A stretch of DNA of 64,000 nucleotides, taken from contig JBDHWW010000010.1 in assembly GCA_039810425.1 (NCBI GenBank), forward strand, positions 1 to 64,000, given 5' to 3'. This document shows, piece after piece, positions 56,519-64,000 of the stretch. Both the position numbers and the translations under genes were made by a program. Positions within the stretch are counted from its first letter, which is position 1. Each line of letters begins with the position of its first letter. The DNA is from Pseudobdellovibrionaceae bacterium. GTDB lineage: Bacteria; Bdellovibrionota; Bdellovibrionia; Bdellovibrionales; Bdellovibrionaceae. Below the pieces are notes generated by a model. That model ran no database searches. It was not told where the DNA came from and saw only the letters and a list, made by a program, of their open reading frames with translations.

Positions 56519-57880
56519 ATGATGAAGTTCAAGCGTCTGATATTTGCTAGTATTCTCGGTTTCGCGACATTGGCAATGAATGGCTGCGATGCCATTTATT
56601 GGGATGAAACGGCGAGCTTAAATCAGGTGAATAGCCAATCTGAAATCAAGGTTCTGACCCTAAAAAACCCGCTCACTTACTCCACCGATCGTACGGGCCA
56701 CAAGTTTGGCATCGATCACGATCTGCTGGAAAACTTCGCACACCATTATGGTCTGAAGATCCGTTTCATCGCGGTTGCCAACGAAATTGAAATGAAGCAG
56801 GCCCTCATCGGCGGCATGGGCGATATTGCGGCCGGTCGTCTGGCCACACCAAACAACAACTCTGGCTTTTTGGTCGGACCGAGCTACGAAGAGACCTTCC
56901 TTGGCTTATTCTGCCAAACGAAGTCCCAGGTTGCGAATATCTCCGACCTGCGCAACAAGAACATCGGCATTCTTTCAAAAGACAATATCGACGGCCTGAC
57001 GGATCGTTTGACTCAACTAGCTCCTGAGACCCACATCGAAATGATGACCTCTTCTTCGCCTAAGATCTTGTTTGAACGAATGTCTGCGAAAACTTTGGAC
57101 TGCGTGATTGCTGAAAACCTCGAAGGCGAGTTCTTTACCCGCTACCACCGCAACATCGAGAAGGTGACCTCTCTCACGGAAGAGTACTCGCTCAGTTGGC
57201 TGATCCGGCCCGGCCAAGAAGATCTGAATCGGTTGCTGCAGGCTTGGTTTCAAAAGGCGAGCCGCGACGATGAAATCATGCGCGTGCACGATCGCTATAA
57301 ATTGTACCTGTCCGAGTTGGACCGTCACGATGTACTTCACTTTATGAAACGCAGCCGTCGCACGCTGCCGGATTTCGAAACAGAGTTCCGCAACGCGGCC
57401 CGCGAGCACAAACTGCCATGGCAACTCATTGCAGCCGTCGCTTACCAGGAATCCCAGTGGAATAACGAGGCTGTTAGTTACACGGGCGTTAAAGGACTCA
57501 TGCAACTGACACAAGATACCGCAGATCATTTGGGTGTTGAAGATCGTACGGATCCACTTCAGAGCATTCATGGGGGTGCAAAGTATTTGCGCTATTTGCT
57601 GAACAAAACGCCGAACTACCTGAACTTCAAAGATCGTTTGTATTTGGCGCTCGCGGCTTACAATATCGGCTATGCTCACGTGCGCGATGCCCAGAAGTTG
57701 GCTGAGCGCAAAGGCATGAACCCGAACTCTTGGCGTCACCTGCGCGAAGTTCTTCCTCTCTTGGAAGATCGCTCTTATGAAAGTGAGCTCGAATATGGTT
57801 GTGCGCGTGGTACTGAAACCGTGGAATTCGTTGAGCGCGTCACGGGCTTCTATAATTTGATGGTTGCAACCCAGATTTAA
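56519..57880 (+). CDS. mltF: MltF-like lytic transglycosylase (substrate-binding domain plus SLT)
   Basis: Lipobox-like NGC; AAVAYQESQW, SYTGVKGLMQLT, ALAAYNIGYAHVRDA, ARG.E. Confidence 0.9.
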   Translation: MMKFKRLIFASILGFATLAMNGCDAIYWDETASLNQVNSQSEIKVLTLKNPLTYSTDRTGHKFGIDHDLLENFAHHYGLKIRFIAVANEIEMKQALIGGMGDIAAGRLATPNNNSGFLVGPSYEETFLGLFCQTKSQVANISDLRNKNIGILSKDNIDGLTDRLTQLAPETHIEMMTSSSPKILFERMSAKTLDCVIAENLEGEFFTRYHRNIEKVTSLTEEYSLSWLIRPGQEDLNRLLQAWFQKASRDDEIMRVHDRYKLYLSELDRHDVLHFMKRSRRTLPDFETEFRNAAREHKLPWQLIAAVAYQESQWNNEAVSYTGVKGLMQLTQDTADHLGVEDRTDPLQSIHGGAKYLRYLLNKTPNYLNFKDRLYLALAAYNIGYAHVRDAQKLAERKGMNPNSWRHLREVLPLLEDRSYESELEYGCARGTETVEFVERVTGFYNLMVATQI

Positions 57881-58085
57881 TCCCTGAATCCAGTCTTCTT
57901 CGTCACTTACCTTGTGTCTCGCTCTGAGACGCAGGTCCGGCATATCTCTTGAAATATCCTCTTCCTATACATGGCCTGAGATTCCAAGTTCTATAAGGTG
58001 GACTTGGAATCCGATCACCAGCAGTTCTCTGTCGAACTCGTCGACGGTTGAAAAGCGGAAAAGGCCCAAAAAAGGAGAAGAGGAT

Positions 58086-59117
58086 ATGAACTCGTTCAAA
58101 ATGCGCTACTACTATATGGCCCCTTTGTTGATGCTCGCGATGGTCGCTTGTGCGAAGCGCGACAATAACTTTGCGAAAAATGCTGCCGAAGCAAAAGCGG
58201 CTCAAGAAAAGACCGCCCAAGAAAAGGCAGCTCGGGAAAAAGCAGGGCAAGCACCCTGTACATCTCTGTGCCCTCCCTCGGCTCCTGGCGGAAAAGGTGG
58301 CACAAACCCAGGCAATACAGTTGATGGCGCCACTCCTGTCAAAGAAAAGGATGGCTCTACCGTGACCACCAAACCCGATGGCACTAAAGTCACTGCGACA
58401 GCTGATGGCAAGACCATCGTGACATCGCCTGACGGAAAAACGATGACTACGACTCCTGATGGGAAAATCACCGTAGAAGACAAGAAACCCGCGACTAAAG
58501 ACGCCTACAAAGGTGATCTTGAGCAAACTCTCGCTGATTCTTGCGAAAACAAACTCGCTATGGAAGTAAATAAAGACAATAAAGAAGAAGAAATTCAACT
58601 CAAAGACGTTATCACGAAAGAAAAAAGCTCGTACGTGCTTAAATCCACGGACCTTTTTGCTGAGCGCACAGATAAAGATTCCAAGACTTTAAACCAAATA
58701 GTTTTGGCGGGTTCTGCATTTGAATTGCCGAAAGACTTTAAAGACACCACTCAAGGCCAAGCCGTCATGGTGAACTGCCACACGATCAATTTGGCGGACG
58801 ACTCCTCACAAACAATGATCGGTGAGCTGGTGGTTCCATACGAAATCAGCACGGCGGACGGCGCGATCAAAGTTCTTCGTTTCGATAAAGTGGAGTTGAA
58901 GAATAAAAATCAGAGCACGGCTTTGACAGTGTTGAAAGCTAAAGACGGCAACTTAACGAATCTCATTGAGAAAGAGGCTGAAGGCCGAAAAGTTTTGCTT
59001 TTCAAAAACTCAGACTCTTCCGACATCACGATCCGCATTCAAAAGACCATCAAAGACGAAAAGACGGGCTCTGTAATGACAAAGACCTACTCTGCGACTT
59101 ACAGCCTTAAGAAGTAA
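58086..59117 (+). CDS. Lipoprotein with 9-residue DG repeats
   Basis: Lipobox MVAC; GAGGA SD; six DG dipeptides spaced exactly 9 aa apart. Confidence 0.8.
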   Translation: MNSFKMRYYYMAPLLMLAMVACAKRDNNFAKNAAEAKAAQEKTAQEKAAREKAGQAPCTSLCPPSAPGGKGGTNPGNTVDGATPVKEKDGSTVTTKPDGTKVTATADGKTIVTSPDGKTMTTTPDGKITVEDKKPATKDAYKGDLEQTLADSCENKLAMEVNKDNKEEEIQLKDVITKEKSSYVLKSTDLFAERTDKDSKTLNQIVLAGSAFELPKDFKDTTQGQAVMVNCHTINLADDSSQTMIGELVVPYEISTADGAIKVLRFDKVELKNKNQSTALTVLKAKDGNLTNLIEKEAEGRKVLLFKNSDSSDITIRIQKTIKDEKTGSVMTKTYSATYSLKK

Positions 59118-59133
59118 TCCTCTGCCTTACACC

Positions 59134-61017
59134 TTATTCGACGGTGACCGACTTCGCGAGATTGCGAGGTTGGTCGACGTCGTAACCTAAGCTGTTTGCC
59201 AGGTGAAACGCCATCAACTGCAAGGGAATTGCTTCCAAGAGCGGATTGATCGTCCAATGAGCCTTCGGCAAAGACAAATAATACTGACTAATCGCCCTCA
59301 ACTTCTCATTGTCACCAGTTCCAATCGCAATAATTTTACCGCCGCGAGCGCGGGCCTCTTCCAAATTGCTGATAGATTTTTCATAGAGTTCATCACTAGG
59401 TGCGAGCATCACGATCGCCATATCTTCATCGATCAACGCCAAAGGACCATGCTTCATTTCTCCGGCCGCATAGCCTTCAGCGTGCATGTAAGCAAGTTCT
59501 TTGAGTTTCAAAGCCCCTTCCATCGCGATCGGGAAGCTCACGCCGCGGCCGAGGTACAAGAAACCACGGAACGAGCGAAGCTTATGAGCCGCCTCATCGA
59601 AGTACTTATCGTAAGACAATACAACTTCCATTTGGCTCGGAGCCCCCAAGAGGGCTTGCACGAATTCTTTTTCTTGTTGGCCATTGATCACGTTACGAAT
59701 GCGGCCCAACGCCACCGCGAAGCAGTTTAAAACCGCGAGCGTGCTGGTAAAGGCCTTCGTGCTGGCAACACCAATCTCGGGGCCAGAGTTCATATACAAG
59801 TGTCCGTGGGCCTCACGGTCGATGGTTGAACTGCGTACATTGCAGATACTCAAAGTCGTCGCGCCCTTTTCTTTGGCAAGACGGATCGCAGCCAAGGTGT
59901 CGGCTGTTTCGCCGCTTTGAGAAATCGTCATCACCAAAGACTTCGGTGGAATCACCGGATTGCGATAACGGAATTCGCTCGCGATATCGATCTCGACCGG
60001 CACTTGCGCTATGTTTTCGATCAAGTACTTCCCGACGTTGCCGGCATAGCTGCTGGTCCCACAGGCGATAATGAAAATACGCTCAACACTTCTAAGAACA
60101 TCTTGGGTATTGACCCAGTCTTGCGGACTGTCGAGTTCGTCGAGCCTGTTCACCGCGGTCCCAAAGCCGACATTTTTTAATTTGATCGTGAAGTTCTCGG
60201 GATTAAGATGCGGCTCCATCGCCGTTGCCACGGCACGTGGTTGCTCGTATATTTCTTTCAACATGAAGTGAGAGAAACCTTGCTTCTCCACCATTTGCGG
60301 ATCCCAGTTGAGCTCCACGACCTTTTTTTGAATGGGTTCTCCCTTCGCCGAGAAGATCTTCGCTTCCGTGCCGTCAATGACCGCGATTTCGCGATCATCA
60401 AGGTACATGAACTTACGAGTGTACTGCAGGAGTGCTTGAACATCGCTCGCAACGAAGTTTTCTTTGGTGCCAAGACCGACAACGAGTGGCGGGCCATCCT
60501 TGAAGGCAACAAGTTGGTTTGGGTTCTTCTCCCATAAGGCCACAATCGAGAAAGCACCGCGGATTTTTCCAAGAATTCTTAGAACCGCTTTAAAAAGATC
60601 CCGGGTTTGCTCAATTTCACGCGCAATCAAATGCGCCACGAGTTCAGAGTCCGTATCTGAGGTGATCTGCGCGCCGCTTGCTAAAAGCTCTTCGCGGATC
60701 TCAACATAGTTTTCAATAATGCCATTGTGAACAAGACTGATGCCACCGACTTGGTGGGGATGAGCATTACGCTCTGTCGGCGCGCCATGAGTGGCCCAGC
60801 GAGTGTGACCAATGCCGATGTGACCATCGAATTTCTCCACCATCAGCTTGTCTTCGAGAACTTTCAATTTACCAGACGCCCGCACACGTTTGGTTTTACC
60901 TTCATCCAGGATCGCCAAGCCAGCGGAGTCATAACCACGGTATTCTAATTTTTTAAGGCCCGAAATAATAACATCTTTTGGGTTTTGCGGTCCCAGGTAT
61001 CCAACGATTCCACACAT
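59134..61017 (-). CDS. glmS: Glutamine--fructose-6-phosphate aminotransferase
   Basis: MCGIVG, GHTRWATHG, SQSGETADT, PRNLAKSVTVE. Confidence 0.99.
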   Translation of the reverse strand: MCGIVGYLGPQNPKDVIISGLKKLEYRGYDSAGLAILDEGKTKRVRASGKLKVLEDKLMVEKFDGHIGIGHTRWATHGAPTERNAHPHQVGGISLVHNGIIENYVEIREELLASGAQITSDTDSELVAHLIAREIEQTRDLFKAVLRILGKIRGAFSIVALWEKNPNQLVAFKDGPPLVVGLGTKENFVASDVQALLQYTRKFMYLDDREIAVIDGTEAKIFSAKGEPIQKKVVELNWDPQMVEKQGFSHFMLKEIYEQPRAVATAMEPHLNPENFTIKLKNVGFGTAVNRLDELDSPQDWVNTQDVLRSVERIFIIACGTSSYAGNVGKYLIENIAQVPVEIDIASEFRYRNPVIPPKSLVMTISQSGETADTLAAIRLAKEKGATTLSICNVRSSTIDREAHGHLYMNSGPEIGVASTKAFTSTLAVLNCFAVALGRIRNVINGQQEKEFVQALLGAPSQMEVVLSYDKYFDEAAHKLRSFRGFLYLGRGVSFPIAMEGALKLKELAYMHAEGYAAGEMKHGPLALIDEDMAIVMLAPSDELYEKSISNLEEARARGGKIIAIGTGDNEKLRAISQYYLSLPKAHWTINPLLEAIPLQLMAFHLANSLGYDVDQPRNLAKSVTVE

Positions 61018-61020
61018 AGC

Positions 61021-62457
61021 TTATCCCCGCTCTTGTTCTTTATTTGGTTGATGCGCCTGAGCGCCCGGCGCTTTCGGAGTGTAATTTTCTTTAATGATCT
61101 GTTTGCCACGAGCCACGGCCAAAGCGTTTGCCGGTACACTCTTCGTGATGGTGGAACCAGAACCTATCACCACATCGTCACCAATTTCGATGGGCGCCAC
61201 AAACTGAGTATCACTGCCGACGAAGACCCGGTTGCCGATTTTCGTTTTGTATTTCTTCTTATCGGCGGCATAGTTGCAAGTGATCGTGCCACAACCGATA
61301 TTCACGTCTTCCCCGACTTCCGCGTCGCCCAAATACGTCAGGTGCCCCGCTTTGGACCTCTTGCCGAATTTTACTTTCTTCATTTCCACGAAGTTGCCCA
61401 CATGCGCTTCTTCACCGATGGTTGTTTCAGGGCGCAGACGTGCGTAGGGCCCCACGGAAGCACGGCTATGGACCACCGCTTGTTCGAGATAGCTGCCCGC
61501 GCGCACTTGCACGCTATCGCCGACGTCAGAATCCGACATGAACACATTCGGCTCAATCACGCTGAACGACCCGATGCGAGTCGCGCCACGCAAGACCACG
61601 TTTGGATAAATCACAGAGCCTGCACCAACACTGACAGACTCTTCAATGTATGTGGCCTTAGGATCCATCATTAAAACGCCTTCTTCCATCAGGCGCTTTG
61701 CTTTTCTCTGAAAAAGCAAGTTCGTTGCATGCGCCAATTCGATTTGGTCGTTCACCCCGACCGCGACTTTCGGCGACGCCTTAATGGCCATCACCTTGCA
61801 GCCGTCTTCGATGCACAAAGAAATCAAATCCGTGATGTAGTACTCTTGTTTCGCGTTGTGGTTTTTAATCTGTGGCAAATACTCAGCCAGGACCTTTGCC
61901 TTTGCAATGTAGATTCCCGTGTTGATCTCACGGATCTTCAAAGTATCGGCAGAGGCATCTTTAGCTTCGACGATAGCTTTCAAATCACCCCTATGGCGAA
62001 TAATGCGGCCAAACGAGCCTGGCTTTTTCACAATGGAAGTCACCACCGCTAAGTCGCAGCTTTCATCACGAAACATCTTAACGAAATTCATGATGTCCTC
62101 GGCCTCGATCAAAGGATGGTCGCCGTTCATGATGACAACGTCGCCTTCGATGTCATCAACCTTCGCGGACTTCACAGCATCCGCCGTGCCCAATTGATTT
62201 TCTTGAAGTAAACAGTTCACACCCATTGGTTCAACAACAGAACGCACGAGATTTTGCCCATGGCCCACGACCACACGCAAATCCGTTGCGCCAGCCTTTT
62301 TTGCAGCCTGGATAACCTTTTCGATCATGGGACGACCCGCCACTGGATGAAGGACCTTTGGAAGGGGGGACTTCATGCGCGTGCCCTTGCCCGCCGCTAA
62401 AATAATCATCGCCAACTTATTGGGTTCTACAGCTTCTTTTTTGTCATTCTTTGCCAT
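61021..62457 (-). CDS. glmU: Bifunctional UDP-GlcNAc pyrophosphorylase/acetyltransferase
   Basis: LAAGKGTRMKS.LPKVLH, EYYITD, GNFVEMK, HLTYLGD. Confidence 0.98.
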   Translation of the reverse strand: MAKNDKKEAVEPNKLAMIILAAGKGTRMKSPLPKVLHPVAGRPMIEKVIQAAKKAGATDLRVVVGHGQNLVRSVVEPMGVNCLLQENQLGTADAVKSAKVDDIEGDVVIMNGDHPLIEAEDIMNFVKMFRDESCDLAVVTSIVKKPGSFGRIIRHRGDLKAIVEAKDASADTLKIREINTGIYIAKAKVLAEYLPQIKNHNAKQEYYITDLISLCIEDGCKVMAIKASPKVAVGVNDQIELAHATNLLFQRKAKRLMEEGVLMMDPKATYIEESVSVGAGSVIYPNVVLRGATRIGSFSVIEPNVFMSDSDVGDSVQVRAGSYLEQAVVHSRASVGPYARLRPETTIGEEAHVGNFVEMKKVKFGKRSKAGHLTYLGDAEVGEDVNIGCGTITCNYAADKKKYKTKIGNRVFVGSDTQFVAPIEIGDDVVIGSGSTITKSVPANALAVARGKQIIKENYTPKAPGAQAHQPNKEQERG

Positions 62458-62505
62458 GGATTTTCTGTCCTTTTCAACCTTCTAAAAATCAGGCTTAATT
62501 ATCCT

Positions 62506-63228
62506 ATGCAAGCAAAAATTTTTCACCAAACTTCTTGGGCTCGAAGCTCCCGCGGCACTCCGATAGAATTGTATAAAAAAACACACAACCGTGATGGAAA
62601 AGCCACACTGGAAAACCCGGCCCCGATTCTCTTTATCGGTGGTGTTCACGGTGATGAGCCCGAAGGTGTGCGGCTGGCTCAGGAATTCCTGAAGTGGTTG
62701 CAGCAAACAGAAGAGAGCTCACCCGAGCGGATTCTTCACTCGTGGCTGCTGGTTCCCTGCATTAATGTCGATGGTTTCCTTCGCAACATGCGCACTAATG
62801 ACAATGGTGTGGACCTCAACCGCAACTTTCCCTCTTCGGACTGGAGTCCCAACGCCAAAGGTCCCCGTTACTATCCGGGCCCCAAAGCCGGCAGCGAGCC
62901 CGAGGTCCAGGCGCTCGTCCAGCTGATCGATAGTGAAAAGCCAAAACTGATTGTTCATTTCCATTCGTGGGAGCCTTGCGTTGTTTACACGGGGGCACCA
63001 GGTAAGGAAGCATCAACGATTATTGCGGGAGAAGGCGGCTACGAAGTCCGCGAAGACATCGGTTATCCCACCCCGGGTAGCCTGGGCCAATATGGCTGGC
63101 TGAATCGTAAAATTCCCGTGATCTGCATCGAAGAAAAAGAGAGAATTCATCTGGATCACGTGTGGCCGCATTTCGAGCCCGGCCTCACCAAACTCATGAC
63201 ATCTGATTTTCAGTGTAAGGCTTCATGA
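62506..63228 (+). CDS. M14 zinc peptidase, murein peptide amidase MpaA-like
   Basis: GGVHGDE, NGVDLNRNFP, EPE, HSW, GYPTPGSLG. Confidence 0.88.
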   Translation: MQAKIFHQTSWARSSRGTPIELYKKTHNRDGKATLENPAPILFIGGVHGDEPEGVRLAQEFLKWLQQTEESSPERILHSWLLVPCINVDGFLRNMRTNDNGVDLNRNFPSSDWSPNAKGPRYYPGPKAGSEPEVQALVQLIDSEKPKLIVHFHSWEPCVVYTGAPGKEASTIIAGEGGYEVREDIGYPTPGSLGQYGWLNRKIPVICIEEKERIHLDHVWPHFEPGLTKLMTSDFQCKAS

Positions 63229-63908
63229 CCTCGATCAAGTGCATCGCTTTTGATTTGGACGACACCCTGGTAGACACCAGCCAACTGCTCGTCCCGTTCG
63301 CGGCACGCCAAGCCTGCGAGGCCATGATAAAGAACGGCGTGCAAGGCGATATTGATACTTGTTTAGCATGGCGGGCGAGCAAAGCCGCCGAGCTCACGCA
63401 TCAGGAAATCTTCCAAGGATTTATTGATAAATATGGCAGCACCACCCCGAATATAGCCCTGCAAGCGGCTTTGAAGGCTTTCTATAATCCAGAAGTTCCC
63501 GAGCGTTTGCCGCTGATGGACGGTGCCGAGGATAATCTACGTCAGCTTTCGCAAAGGTACGCGTTGTTTTTGGTCACCTCTGGCGAACCCGCCGCTCAAG
63601 AGCGCAAAATCAAGGCGGCCGGAATTGAGCGTTTCTTCAAGAAAATCTATCTTGTGAACAACTTTAAAAAGGAAGAAAAAAAAGACGCTTTTCTCGACAT
63701 TCTGAAGAATGAAAATATTCAACCCGAAGAACTGCTCAGTATCGGCAACCGCTTGTCGCAAGAGATCCGCCACGCCAAGCTCTGCGGAGCGAAAACCTGC
63801 TATTTCTGCCACGGTGAACACGTTGGCGAACAGCCCACTCAACGCGAAGATTACCCGGACTTTACCATCTACAAGCACAGCGAATTTAGGCGCGCCTGCG
63901 GTCTGTAA
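63225..63908 (+). CDS. HAD superfamily hydrolase
   Basis: IAFDLDDTL motif I; LVTSG motif II. Confidence 0.9.
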   Translation: MTSIKCIAFDLDDTLVDTSQLLVPFAARQACEAMIKNGVQGDIDTCLAWRASKAAELTHQEIFQGFIDKYGSTTPNIALQAALKAFYNPEVPERLPLMDGAEDNLRQLSQRYALFLVTSGEPAAQERKIKAAGIERFFKKIYLVNNFKKEEKKDAFLDILKNENIQPEELLSIGNRLSQEIRHAKLCGAKTCYFCHGEHVGEQPTQREDYPDFTIYKHSEFRRACGL

Positions 63909-64000
63909 GGCCGTCCAATGCTTTGACGGTTTGGTATCTTCTTCATAGTCCCAAGCCAGAATCCCCTTGCCAGCCCCCACTTCAACGACGACCTTCTTGA

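Noticed and set aside
57017..57943. Long antisense ORFs (also 13197-13988, 11481-12131, 60985-61674, 25401-26015, 57903-58598)
   Set aside because: Shadows of well-supported genes on the opposite strand, with no motifs
61018..61020. glmS ribozyme
   Set aside because: Only 3 nt separate glmU and glmS
1..64000. CRISPR array, tRNA or rRNA genes
   Set aside because: No regularly spaced repeat-spacer series and no recognisable tRNA or rRNA sequence seen by eye
63537..64000. Minus-strand ORF at the window end
   Set aside because: Overlaps the HAD gene extensively; any real gene entering from beyond the window cannot be resolved

Overview
Gene-dense chromosomal segment of a Bdellovibrio-like predatory bacterium (Bdellovibrionota). 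This assignment is inferred from gene content: a TIGR02147/DUF4423 protein, FQNC-type lipoproteins, the yggS-proC-divIVA cluster and a flagellar cluster carrying csrA-fliW. Core genes: flagellar operon flgF-G-A-H-I-(orf)-J-M-N-K-L plus csrA and fliW, lysC, recA/cinA/pgpA, recX-alaS, rplM-rpsI, truA, asd, pssA, maf-yggS-proC-divIVA-yggU, glmU-glmS and two lytic transglycosylases. Most interesting: (1) an excisionase/BldC-like HTH fused to a catalytically degenerate PilB/GspE-type ATPase, with an internal Shine-Dalgarno start and 10-bp-phased direct repeats over its own promoter; (2) a REP-associated HUH (RAYT-type) transposase flanked by perfect 28-bp inverted repeats, with a solo copy about 15 kb away and a sigma54-like promoter; (3) a yceI plus bufferin-type MNIO (DUF692/DUF2063) RiPP cluster; (4) a coupled tadC-DUF192-FHA-FHA-FHA-pseudo-PP2C operon resembling Tad/Kil-type predation machinery; (5) a recurring GTCTCA-N3-TGAGAC intergenic palindrome. 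One gene (tam-like) is interrupted by an in-frame TAG. No rRNA, tRNA or CRISPR array was seen. All product calls come from motif recognition by eye; no database searches were run.
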